NCBI GenBank assembly: GCA_036390875.1 | Contig: DASWBB010000079.1 | Location: 5,086-69,085 of the forward strand | DNA: 64,000 bases | Origin: Candidatus Dormiibacterota bacterium | Lineage (GTDB): Bacteria; Chloroflexota; Dormibacteria; Dormibacterales; Dormibacteraceae | Direction of reading: 5' to 3' | Shown here: positions 46,717 to 54,837 of the stretch, in pieces | Numbering within the stretch: the first letter of the stretch is position 1 | How the letters are laid out: the number at the start of each line of letters is the position of its first letter | Made by a program: the position numbers and the translations under genes | The notes under the pieces: model-generated | Databases searched by the model: none | The model's input: the letters and a program-made list of their open reading frames with translations, nothing else | What the model was told of the DNA's origin: nothing

Positions 46717-46980
46717 ATGTTTCTTCTCGCCGCCGGACCCGACATCACGCCGATCACCGACCTGATCACCACGTGGATTCACATCGGCCAGGCGCTGGTC
46801 GCATCGATCGGCGCCCTGGCGTTCATCTTCGCGTTTCTCTGGAAGATCACCGCGGCGGAGTCCAAATCGGCGCTGGCGGCCAAGCAGTGGATCCAACGCA
46901 TCGTGGTCGGGACCATCGGGGTCGAGGTCGCCGGCTCGCTGGTCGACATACTGACCAAGTCGGTGCCGGCCGGCCGCTGA
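46717..46980 (+). CDS. TrbC/VirB2-like small hydrophobic (pilin-like) protein
   Basis: 87 aa with two hydrophobic helices separated by a short polar loop (LVASIGALAFIFAFLW ... IVVGTIGVEVAGSLV). Strong RBS. Family call made by eye only. Confidence 0.5.
   Translation: MFLLAAGPDITPITDLITTWIHIGQALVASIGALAFIFAFLWKITAAESKSALAAKQWIQRIVVGTIGVEVAGSLVDILTKSVPAGR
46738..46835 (+). repeat. direct repeat, right copy (inside the intact pilin-like gene)
   Basis: See 45526-45623. Confidence 0.85.
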
Positions 46981-47879
46981 TGGACTTCGGGCAGCTCGGC
47001 CAGCTGCAGAACCTGGTCATTCAGCTCACCGAGATCGCCAGTTTCCTGTTTCCGTTTGCGCACCCCACTCTCATCGTCAAAACGCTGCTCGACGACAGCC
47101 TGGGGCTGCTGCTCAAGGTGTGGTTCGGGTTCATCCTGAGCACCACCAATTTCGAAACGGGTGGCGACTTCATCTCCAACCCGACCATCCAGGCCTTCGA
47201 GCCCAAAGTTCAGCTGGTCGCCAACGGAGCCCTCACCGTCGTGGCGATCTGGGCTTCGTACCGGATCATGTGGGGCCACGGCCTGCGCAGCTTGTACACG
47301 GCGCGCATCCTGCTGCCGCGCCTCCTCATGTCCGTCGTGCTCATCAACTTCGCGCTGCCGATGCTGCAGGCGGTGGTGCAGGCGAGCAATGTGGCATGCA
47401 AGGCCATCCAGAGCTTCGGCACGCTCCCGGACTGGTCGAACTGGCTCCACAACCTGACGCTCGATCCGTCGGCCGGCGTCCTCCAGATAGTCGCGACCTC
47501 CGTCCTCATCCTCGGCTATGACGTGCTCGGGATCGCATACCTGATCCGCTACACGATCCTCATCGTCCTGGCCATCACCGCTCCCCTGGCCGGCCTTCTG
47601 TTCACGCTCCCCGAGACCCATCACTTGGCCAAGCAGTGGAGCTCGATGTTCCTCACCAACCTCCTCATGCAGCCGATGCAGCTTTTCGTGCTCGCGATCG
47701 GTTTCGCGCTCGAAAGAGACGGCTACACGCCGGTCCACCACCTGTTTGCGCTGGCGTCCCTCCTCGTCGTGTTCAAGGTGCCGGGCGCGATGGGCGGCGC
47801 GGATAAAGCCGCGCACAAGCTGGAGTCGGCGTTCAAGACGGGCTTCAAAGCCGTCGAGCACGCCGTCGCCCACGCGTGA
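46980..47879 (+). CDS. TrbL/VirB6-like polytopic membrane protein
   Basis: The ATG overlaps the upstream TGA by 1 nt. 299 aa, about 6 TM segments with a VirB6-like layout. Family call made by eye only. Confidence 0.45.
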   Translation: MDFGQLGQLQNLVIQLTEIASFLFPFAHPTLIVKTLLDDSLGLLLKVWFGFILSTTNFETGGDFISNPTIQAFEPKVQLVANGALTVVAIWASYRIMWGHGLRSLYTARILLPRLLMSVVLINFALPMLQAVVQASNVACKAIQSFGTLPDWSNWLHNLTLDPSAGVLQIVATSVLILGYDVLGIAYLIRYTILIVLAITAPLAGLLFTLPETHHLAKQWSSMFLTNLLMQPMQLFVLAIGFALERDGYTPVHHLFALASLLVVFKVPGAMGGADKAAHKLESAFKTGFKAVEHAVAHA

Positions 47880-48373
47880 TGGGGTGGCTGCGAGTCGTGG
47901 CCATCGGCGTTGCTGCCATCGTTGTGTGGACCCTCGCCGCGGCAAAGGTCGCGAGCGAGCAGCGGCTGCCGCTCACATCGATAGTTCCAGGGGCCGTCGA
48001 GACTCTCCCCTTCGGCTGCACATCGCTGGTCCTCGAGCCGTTCGATTCGACCTGCCCCGGGTTCCATTTCCACTCGGGCGTCGACCTGGCGGCGCCCGCG
48101 GGCACCGCGGTTCACGCGGCCTCGCCGGGAATCGCCCATGCGGGGTTTGATCCGGGCGGGGCGGGCATCTTCGTCGCTGTGGCGGTCGGCCAGCATGTGC
48201 GGCTCCTCTACTGCCATCTCTCGCGAGCGGAGGTGGTCGCGGGCGAATCGGTGACGCCAGGCCAGGTGATCGGCGAGGTCGGCGCGACTGGGCTCGCGAC
48301 CGGCGCGCATCTGCATTTCGAGGTCCAGCTAGACGGCCGGGCGATCGATCCGGTCAGCTGGTTGGCTTCTTAA
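47876..48373 (+). CDS. M23-family (LytM-type) peptidoglycan metallopeptidase with N-terminal TM anchor
   Basis: HxxxD (FHFHSGVDL) and HxH (GAHLHFEV) motifs. The start overlaps the upstream stop. Confidence 0.85.
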   Translation: MMGWLRVVAIGVAAIVVWTLAAAKVASEQRLPLTSIVPGAVETLPFGCTSLVLEPFDSTCPGFHFHSGVDLAAPAGTAVHAASPGIAHAGFDPGGAGIFVAVAVGQHVRLLYCHLSRAEVVAGESVTPGQVIGEVGATGLATGAHLHFEVQLDGRAIDPVSWLAS

Positions 48374-48437
48374 CGGGCTCGGTTGGCGAATGGACCCAAG
48401 GCATCTACGCTCGATTCAAATTCATGGAGGTTTCGGA

Positions 48438-48788
48438 ATGGTCAACAAAGTGATACTCGTCGGCAACCTGACAGCGGACCCCGATGTCCGCGCGACGCCA
48501 AAGGGCGTCTATGTCGCCAACTTGCGCCTGGCGACGAACACGTACATAGGCAAGGACGAATCGGGCAACGCCAAGCAAGCGACGGAGTTCCACCGCCTCG
48601 TGCTGTTCGGCCGGCAGGCGGAGGTGGCGGGCGAGTTCCTCCGCAAGGGCCGCCAGCTTTACGCCGAGGGGCGGCTCCAAACGAGCTCATGGGACGACGC
48701 CACCACGGGTGTGAAGAAATACCGCACCGAGGTGATCGTCGACACGATGCAGATGCTGGGCGCCAAGCCCCAGGAGGCGGCGGCCTAG
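48438..48788 (+). CDS. ssb: single-stranded DNA-binding protein (OB fold only, no acidic C-terminal tip)
   Basis: MVNKVILVGNLTADPDVRATPKG...FHRLVLFGRQAE...GRLQTSSW, a canonical SSB OB fold. It ends ...MLGAKPQEAAA without a D-D-D-(I/P)-P-F type tail. GGAGG upstream. Confidence 0.85.
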   Translation: MVNKVILVGNLTADPDVRATPKGVYVANLRLATNTYIGKDESGNAKQATEFHRLVLFGRQAEVAGEFLRKGRQLYAEGRLQTSSWDDATTGVKKYRTEVIVDTMQMLGAKPQEAAA

Positions 48789-49429
48789 CTGCCTGCCGCC
48801 AGGGACACGACCAGCAATGCCTGGCCCGCCTGGTACATGACGATGTTCACCGGCTGCCCCCACCGCACCGGATTGACGAAGCGATACCACGCGAAGATCA
48901 CGTCCGAAAAGAAGAAGAGCAAGCCGCCCGCGGCAGCGACCAGATTGCCGCTGGCGGTGGCGCTCACGGTCATGAGCGAGATGACGACGGCGTATGCGAG
49001 GACCGGCGTTTGCAACTTGGCCCGACCCGATGTACGGAGTGCGCCGAGAACCCGGCGCAGGAGGAGGCCCGCTGTCACCGCCGCGATGATGGCGCCGGCG
49101 ATCAAGCCGGCGGCGCTGAAGCCCGCGAATCGAAAGCCCACGGCGTACGCGAGGTGTCCGGCCAGAAAGGCGCCGATGCCTGCGACGAGAAAGTCGTCGG
49201 GCAGCATCAGGAACACGTCGCCGGCCAGGCCGAGCATCAGGGCGACAACGAACAGCGCTCGTTCGCCCTGGCTGGCAGGGTGGATGAGGAGCCCCGCTGC
49301 AATCAAGAAAACCATGACCGTGGGCTTGGTCGCGTACTCGAGCCGTTTGTCATGGCGCACGATTGCGGTCAGGTCGCCGGCGGAGGCCACCGCGGCCAGG
49401 ACGAAGGCGGCCAGCGCAGGTGCATTCAT
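48785..49429 (-). CDS. YhhN-family (lysoplasmalogenase-like) membrane protein
   Basis: Start moved to MNAPALAAF... The upstream 187 codons of the ORF are an Arg/Ser-rich antisense shadow of the next gene. Motifs KPTVM, AGDVFLM, HLAY and FFFSD. Confidence 0.7.
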   Translation of the reverse strand: MNAPALAAFVLAAVASAGDLTAIVRHDKRLEYATKPTVMVFLIAAGLLIHPASQGERALFVVALMLGLAGDVFLMLPDDFLVAGIGAFLAGHLAYAVGFRFAGFSAAGLIAGAIIAAVTAGLLLRRVLGALRTSGRAKLQTPVLAYAVVISLMTVSATASGNLVAAAGGLLFFFSDVIFAWYRFVNPVRWGQPVNIVMYQAGQALLVVSLAAGS

Positions 49430-49487
49430 GGCTTGCGTATCATCGGCGCCTTGCGTGCCGAGGGGCTGGGGCGTAATGATGTAATTC

Positions 49488-49994
49488 ATGGCTGAGGACA
49501 TCGGCGCCTGGTTTGCGAGCCGGCTGCCGGCGGCATGGTTCGCAGGCCCGGCTGAGGTCACCTCGGACGGCGAGGAGATCCTCGTGCTCGGCGTCCTGCC
49601 CGACGTGGAGCTCGCCGCCGGCACCGCTCCGGAGGCGCGCGAGGCGGCGCGGGTGGCCAGGATCGATCGATTCCGAGAGGAGACCCGTGACGAGCGGGTC
49701 AAGATCGCCCGGGACGCCGAGCGGCGCTTCCGGCGCAAGGTCGCGTGGGGCGCCCGCTGCGGCGACGAGACGCGGATCTTCACCACCCTGAGCCTGCCGG
49801 TGATGACGCGTCTGCGAATGCCCGAGCGGGCTGTCCTCGACACGCTGGTGGCGGCCGGAGTCGCACGGAGCCGGAGCGATGCCCTGGCCTGGTGCGTCCG
49901 GCTGGTCGGGATGCACCAGTCGGACTGGATCAAAGGGCTGCGCGAGGCCCTGGTCAAGGTGGACGAGGCGCGCGGCAAGGGCCCTCTCAACTAG
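49488..49994 (+). CDS. hypothetical protein with a possible C-terminal ribbon-helix-helix-like segment
   Basis: 168-aa ORF with typical GC3-rich codon usage. C-terminal MPERAVLDTLVAAGVARSRSDALAWCVRLV. Confidence 0.5.
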   Translation: MAEDIGAWFASRLPAAWFAGPAEVTSDGEEILVLGVLPDVELAAGTAPEAREAARVARIDRFREETRDERVKIARDAERRFRRKVAWGARCGDETRIFTTLSLPVMTRLRMPERAVLDTLVAAGVARSRSDALAWCVRLVGMHQSDWIKGLREALVKVDEARGKGPLN

Positions 49995-50051
49995 GCCGAG
50001 CGCCAAAGCACGCAATTTCCGCACCGGACCCCCGTCGGGACGGTTGATACT

Positions 50052-51566
50052 GTGCGCGACTTGGGAGCAAGGAACGGCCATCAGCATGTTGTGATCATCG
50101 GCGCGGGCCCGGCCGGGCTCACGGCGTCGTACGAGCTGCTGAAGCACGACATCGCGACCACCGTGCTCGAGAGCGACCCGACTTACGTGGGCGGGCTTGC
50201 CCGCACGGTCGAGCACAACGGATATCGGTTTGACATCGGCGGCCACCGGTTCTTCTCGAAGAACCAGGAGGTCGAGGACCTGTGGACCGAGATCCTGGGC
50301 TCGGAGATGCTCACGCGCGGGCGGCTGTCGCGGATCTACTACCGGGGCCGCTACTTCGCCTATCCGATCAAGGCGGCCAATGCCCTCTGGAACCTGGGGC
50401 CGATCGAAGCGGCCCGCTGCATCGCCAGCTACGCGTATGCGCGGGTGAGGCCCGTCCGCAATCCGCGGAGCCTCGAGGACTGGGTGCGCAACCAGTTTGG
50501 GTGGCGTCTCTACAGCATCTTCTTCAAGACGTACACGGAAAAGGTGTGGGGCATCAGCACCAAGGAGCTGTCGGCTGACTGGGCGGCTCAGCGCATCAAA
50601 AGCCTCGACATGTGGCTGGTTTTGAAGAGCGCCCTCTTGCCTCGCCGCCGCCCGACCAACCGGGGAGACCTCGTGACCACCTTGATCGACAGGTTCAGAT
50701 ATCCACGATTCGGTCCCGGGCAGATGTGGGAACGCGTCGCCGAGATCCACCGCGAGAAAGGCCGGCCCGTGCTGCTCGGCCGTGCCGCCGATCGAATCAA
50801 GCACGACGGGGGGCGCGTGACTTCGGTGGTCACGAAGACGGCCGATGGCAAGACTGAAGAGCACAAGGGCAGCGATTTCATCTCGAGCATGCCGATCCGC
50901 GAGCTGGTCTCACGGCTCGACCCCGCCCCGCCCGAGCATGTGCGCAAGGCCGCCGACAGCCTCTCGTATCGGGACTTCATCAGCGTCGCGGTGATGATCG
51001 ATCGGGCGGATGTGTTCCCCGACAACTGGATCTACATCCACGATCCCACGGTCAAGGTCGGGCGCATCCAGAACTTCAAGAACTGGAGCCCCGACATGGT
51101 CCCGGACCAGAGCAAGACGTGCCTCGGCCTCGAGTACTTCTGCTTCGAAGGCGACGGCTTGTGGACGTCCACCGACGACGTGCTCGTCGAGCGGGCGCGC
51201 ACAGAGCTGGCGCAGCTCGGCATCTGCCGGCCGGACGAGATCTTCGATGGCGTGGTCGTCAGACAACGCAAGGCGTATCCGGTGTATGACGACGTGTACC
51301 AGGCCAAGGTCGACGTCGTCCGCGACTACATGCGCGAGCACCTGACGAACCTGCACCTGGCCGGGCGCAACGGCATGCACAAATACAACAACCAGGACCA
51401 CTCGATGATGACCGCCCTTCTCGTCGCACGGAACATCGCCAGGGTCGGCAAGTACGACCAGTGGAACGTCAACGCCGACGCGGTCTACCACGAGGAAGTT
51501 CGTGTGGGCGAGAAGGACCTGTCAGGACGCCAGGTGCCGGAACGCCTGGCCGGGTCTGCTCGCTAG
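50052..51566 (+). CDS. NAD(P)/FAD-dependent oxidoreductase (amine-oxidase / UDP-galactopyranose-mutase-like fold)
   Basis: N-terminal dinucleotide fold VVIIGAGPAGLTASYEL and a C-terminal GRNGMHKYNNQDHSM motif. Confidence 0.8.
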   Translation: MRDLGARNGHQHVVIIGAGPAGLTASYELLKHDIATTVLESDPTYVGGLARTVEHNGYRFDIGGHRFFSKNQEVEDLWTEILGSEMLTRGRLSRIYYRGRYFAYPIKAANALWNLGPIEAARCIASYAYARVRPVRNPRSLEDWVRNQFGWRLYSIFFKTYTEKVWGISTKELSADWAAQRIKSLDMWLVLKSALLPRRRPTNRGDLVTTLIDRFRYPRFGPGQMWERVAEIHREKGRPVLLGRAADRIKHDGGRVTSVVTKTADGKTEEHKGSDFISSMPIRELVSRLDPAPPEHVRKAADSLSYRDFISVAVMIDRADVFPDNWIYIHDPTVKVGRIQNFKNWSPDMVPDQSKTCLGLEYFCFEGDGLWTSTDDVLVERARTELAQLGICRPDEIFDGVVVRQRKAYPVYDDVYQAKVDVVRDYMREHLTNLHLAGRNGMHKYNNQDHSMMTALLVARNIARVGKYDQWNVNADAVYHEEVRVGEKDLSGRQVPERLAGSAR

Positions 51567-51763
51567 ACCGTCTTCTCGCGAGCGAAGTTGGCCGCTATCA
51601 AACTGACCACGGCCAGGACCGCGAACAAGATCGCGTGGGTGGTGTGGTGGGCGGCATGCGGGTCGGAGACTGCAATCTGAAGCACGCCTTCGTAGTAGAG
51701 CCCCGCGATGACGACGAACGCCACGGCCAGAACCACCAGAACGAAGGGGAGCCTGTCCCTCAC
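51563..51763 (-). CDS. possible small two-TM membrane protein
   Basis: The GTG overlaps the uppP stop (GTGA). 66 aa: VRDRLPFVLVVLAVAFVVIAGLYYEG...HAILFAVLAVVSLIAANF. Confidence 0.35.
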   Translation of the reverse strand: MRDRLPFVLVVLAVAFVVIAGLYYEGVLQIAVSDPHAAHHTTHAILFAVLAVVSLIAANFAREKTV

Positions 51764-52632
51764 ACTCGCAACGTTAGCAAAACCAGGCTGACCGCCCCCG
51801 CGGCGATGCAGTACCAGCCGTATGGGTCCAGCCGGCCAGACTGAAAATACCGCAGAAGAAATCGCGCGCTCAAGTAGGCGGCGACGCCTGACAGGATCGC
51901 AGCGGAGACGTACTCGCCGACCGGCACGCCGGTCGCGAAGAGCTGGGGCACCTCGACAAGACCTGCTGCCAGGATCACGGGGGTCGCAAGAAGAAAAGAG
52001 AACCGCGCGGCCTCCTGGTGTCGCAGTCCTGCGAGCAAGCCCCCGCCGATGGTCACCCCCGACCGAGAGATGCCGGGAAAAAATGCAAGCGCCTGGCATG
52101 CGCCGATCACGGCGGCGGCGCGAAAGCTGATGTGCTCGGCCGCCGCGAAGCTCTCCTCTTGCTCGGCGCGGCTCTTGGAGTCAACCGAGGCGCGGCGCTC
52201 TTCGCGTCGCCTCAGCAGCTCAAACCCGAGCAGGAGGAAGCCGTTGACGACCAGGAAACCCGCCGCGACGAACGGGCTGGCGAAAAGCGATTTGATGCGG
52301 TTTTCCAAAAAGACACCAAGGATGCCGGCCGGAATCGTGCCGGTCAGGAGGAGCATCGACAGGCGCTCCGGCTCCGTGGTGATTCGACCGCGCACGGCGG
52401 CGGTGAAGAAGCCGCGGATGATGGCGATCCACTGCTGCCGGTAGAGCCCGAGCAGCGCGCCCGCCGTACCCAGATGAAGCAGCACCAGGAAAGGCACGAA
52501 CGTGGGATCCGATTGTTTGAACTGCCAATGCAGCAAGCTCGGGATGATCACCGAGTGCCCGAGCGATGAAACGGGGAACAGCTCCGTGGCGCCCTGGAGC
52601 AGGCCCATGAACAGCGCCTGCGGGAATGTCAC
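51760..52632 (-). CDS. uppP: undecaprenyl-diphosphate phosphatase
   Basis: LQGATELFPVSSLGH, PGISRSG and the C-terminal pattern of the BacA/UppP family. GTG start overlapping the upstream stop. Confidence 0.9.
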   Translation of the reverse strand: MTFPQALFMGLLQGATELFPVSSLGHSVIIPSLLHWQFKQSDPTFVPFLVLLHLGTAGALLGLYRQQWIAIIRGFFTAAVRGRITTEPERLSMLLLTGTIPAGILGVFLENRIKSLFASPFVAAGFLVVNGFLLLGFELLRRREERRASVDSKSRAEQEESFAAAEHISFRAAAVIGACQALAFFPGISRSGVTIGGGLLAGLRHQEAARFSFLLATPVILAAGLVEVPQLFATGVPVGEYVSAAILSGVAAYLSARFLLRYFQSGRLDPYGWYCIAAGAVSLVLLTLRV

Positions 52633-52943
52633 GTAGAGGGCAGTTTCTCTACCGCTTCGTCAAGCACCCGGCGAGATTGCTCGAACTCACGATGGACGGC
52701 CAGGTCCTCGGCCTGACCGAGGAGCGTGACGACCTCCTCCCATCGTTCGTGGTCCCTCTCCTCGAGAGCGGCCCGCACCTGGCCGATCGTCTGGGTCGCG
52801 AACAGGAGGCCCCCGCCCGGGTTGTCGAGGATCTCGCGAGCCAGTTCCAGCTGGAGTCTCGCCCACGGGATGAGCTGCTCTCCGGGATGCGTCTCCAGCT
52901 TCTTCGGGTGAAGCACGTCCATGCGCAACCTATTCTCAAGCAA
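52629..52943 (-). CDS. hypothetical helical protein
   Basis: 104-aa ORF (or 97 aa from the second ATG at 52922), translationally coupled to uppP. Confidence 0.45.
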   Translation of the reverse strand: MLENRLRMDVLHPKKLETHPGEQLIPWARLQLELAREILDNPGGGLLFATQTIGQVRAALEERDHERWEEVVTLLGQAEDLAVHREFEQSRRVLDEAVEKLPST

Positions 52944-53031
52944 TCCCTACAGCGGGAGGGAGAGCAGCGCTGCTTGCCCGGCCGTAGTCCTTTGGGGTCC
53001 CCGCGACGAAGTCGCGGGAGGCAGCAGCGCG

Positions 53032-53061
53032 ATGAGAGGGAACCGGCAGGTTCCCTCTCAT
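53032..53061 (-). terminator. 13-bp perfect hairpin overlapping the GNAT stop codon
   Basis: atgagagggaacc-ggca-ggttccctctcat. A second hairpin, cccgcgac-gaa-gtcgcggg, lies at 53000-53018. Confidence 0.5.
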
Positions 53062-53540
53062 AAGTCTCGGGCAAGACCGGTGAGCGCCTCGCCGGCCAGG
53101 CGGTACACGGTCCAGTCGGAGTTCGGCCGCGCTCCCAGGCGCTCGTAGAACTTGATCGCGTCGCGGTTCCAATCGAGGACCGCCCACTCCAGTCGGCCGC
53201 ACCCGCGCTCGACGGCAAGGCGGGCCAGATGGGCCAGCAGCATCCGGCCGATCCCGCTGCCCCGGTGCTCCGGGAGAACGAACAGGTCCTCGAGGTAGAT
53301 CCCGGGCCGGCCGAGGAAAGTCGAGAAGTTGTGGAAGAACAACGCAAAGCCCACGGGCCGGCCATCGTCCTCGGCGAGCACGACCTCGGCGTAAGGCCGG
53401 TCGCCAAACAGCCCGGCCGCGAGAAGCTCCTCTGTCATCACGACTTCCTGCTCCAGCTTCTCGAAGCGCGCCAGCCCGCGGATCAGCCCGGCGATCACGG
53501 GCACGTCGTCCGGGGTCGCGGCGCGCAGGTGCACGGTCAT
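53058..53540 (-). CDS. GNAT-family N-acetyltransferase (diamine acetyltransferase-like)
   Basis: Start moved to MTVHLRAATPDD. Acetyl-CoA motif RGSGIGRMLL. ATGA overlap with the upstream DUF3052 gene. Confidence 0.85.
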   Translation of the reverse strand: MTVHLRAATPDDVPVIAGLIRGLARFEKLEQEVVMTEELLAAGLFGDRPYAEVVLAEDDGRPVGFALFFHNFSTFLGRPGIYLEDLFVLPEHRGSGIGRMLLAHLARLAVERGCGRLEWAVLDWNRDAIKFYERLGARPNSDWTVYRLAGEALTGLARDL

Positions 53541-53956
53541 TTCGGCCGGTCGCGCAGGCGGTAGACAAAGCGCATGGCGCCATGTGTCTCCGAGAAGCTT
53601 GCGATCTTGTTGTCGACCAGACCGGCGGCGAGCCCCGCGGCGATGAGGTCGGTATCGCGCAGCGGGCCGCGTCCGCCCTTCGCGCGGACGACCCAGATGG
53701 CGCCGTTTGGCTCGATCCACCGTTTCACGTCGTCGAGCTTGCGCAGGTCTGCAGGCGTCTCTGCGCCCATGAACACGATGTCGCATTTCGATCGCGGCTT
53801 CCCGACCACGATGTCGGCGGTCCGATCGCGCAGCAGCTTGATGAATCCCGGATCCTCGAGGTTGACGATCGCAACCTTCGAGCCGGGCTTCACGCCCAGC
53901 TTGTCGAGCAGCGGCCGCGTCGAATAAAGGTCAGGGCTCGGACGCTTTGTGACCAT
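53537..53956 (-). CDS. DUF3052-family protein
   Basis: 139 aa: LLDKLGVKPGSKVAIVN...IWVVRAKGG...AGLVDNKIASFSETHGAMRF, matching my recollection of the actinobacterial DUF3052 pattern. Confidence 0.7.
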   Translation of the reverse strand: MVTKRPSPDLYSTRPLLDKLGVKPGSKVAIVNLEDPGFIKLLRDRTADIVVGKPRSKCDIVFMGAETPADLRKLDDVKRWIEPNGAIWVVRAKGGRGPLRDTDLIAAGLAAGLVDNKIASFSETHGAMRFVYRLRDRPK

Positions 53957-54151
53957 CGCCCCCGCCCCTGATCGCTCCGAAGACGATCACGCCCACCAGC
54001 CAGGCAGCATAAGCGCCGGCGATGGCGAGCACGACCACCGGGACCGCGCTGGCCACCCGGCTGGTCAGCAGAAGGCCCAGGCCGATGAAGCCGGCGAGCA
54101 CGATCCCGCCGGCGACGACACCGACCGCTGCGCCGGCAATGTTCGCGGGCC

Positions 54152-54835
54152 TCAGACCTCGACCACCTGCAGATCGGTGACTGCATCCTCGACGGTGCCG
54201 GAGTACAGGTGGTTGAACATGAATCGCGTCTTCGGATGGCGGTGCTTGAGCTCGGATGCGGACTCCCAGCTCATGTGGCTGAAAACGTCGCCGGGTCCTG
54301 TCGCCTCCACGATGGCGACATCGGCGCCGTCCACGAGCGTATCCAGCGGAGCGGTCGCCTCGGTGTCGCCGGAATAGGCCAGGAGCCGGCCGTTGACATG
54401 AATGCGATAACCGTTGGAGCCGCTGGTGCCGTGGTCGAGCTTGATGGTCTGGTACTTGTATCCGGCCGCGGACCCCGAGGGCTGCGCCGTGTGGTAGTGC
54501 ACCTTGAACTTGGGTCGCATGACAGCCTTCCAGTCAGGGCCCCAGCTCACGTCCCATAGCGCCTCGAGCCTCTCCTCGACGCCTTCAGGCCCGATGAATG
54601 TCAGCGGGCGCGGGTCGACGAAGACCCGATGAAGCACAAACGGCGGCAGGCCCAGCGTGTGATCGCCATGAAAGTGCGTGAGGAAGACGGCATCGATTGC
54701 GCCTGGGTCGACACCCACGCGCCTCATATGAGGCAGCAGCGGCGCGCCGCCGTCGAGCAGCAGGCGGCCGTTTACCACCACCGCCCCGTTGTAACGGTCG
54801 GTGGAAAAGGCCGCCCCCGTGCCGAGGAAGGCCAG
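54152..54835 (-). CDS. MBL-fold metallo-hydrolase
   Basis: HFHGDH metal motif, conserved N-terminal strand [11 protein letters not shown]. The only start-like codon before this strand is the CTG at 54835. The next canonical start is the GTG at 54781. The upstream 340 codons of the ORF are a shadow of fbaB. Confidence 0.8.
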   Translation of the reverse strand: MAFLGTGAAFSTDRYNGAVVVNGRLLLDGGAPLLPHMRRVGVDPGAIDAVFLTHFHGDHTLGLPPFVLHRVFVDPRPLTFIGPEGVEERLEALWDVSWGPDWKAVMRPKFKVHYHTAQPSGSAAGYKYQTIKLDHGTSGSNGYRIHVNGRLLAYSGDTEATAPLDTLVDGADVAIVEATGPGDVFSHMSWESASELKHRHPKTRFMFNHLYSGTVEDAVTDLQVVEV

Positions 54836-54837
54836 CT

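Noticed and set aside
49440-50864. 474-aa minus-strand ORF
   Set aside because: Antisense to the 168-aa hypothetical protein and the FAD oxidoreductase, with no motifs.
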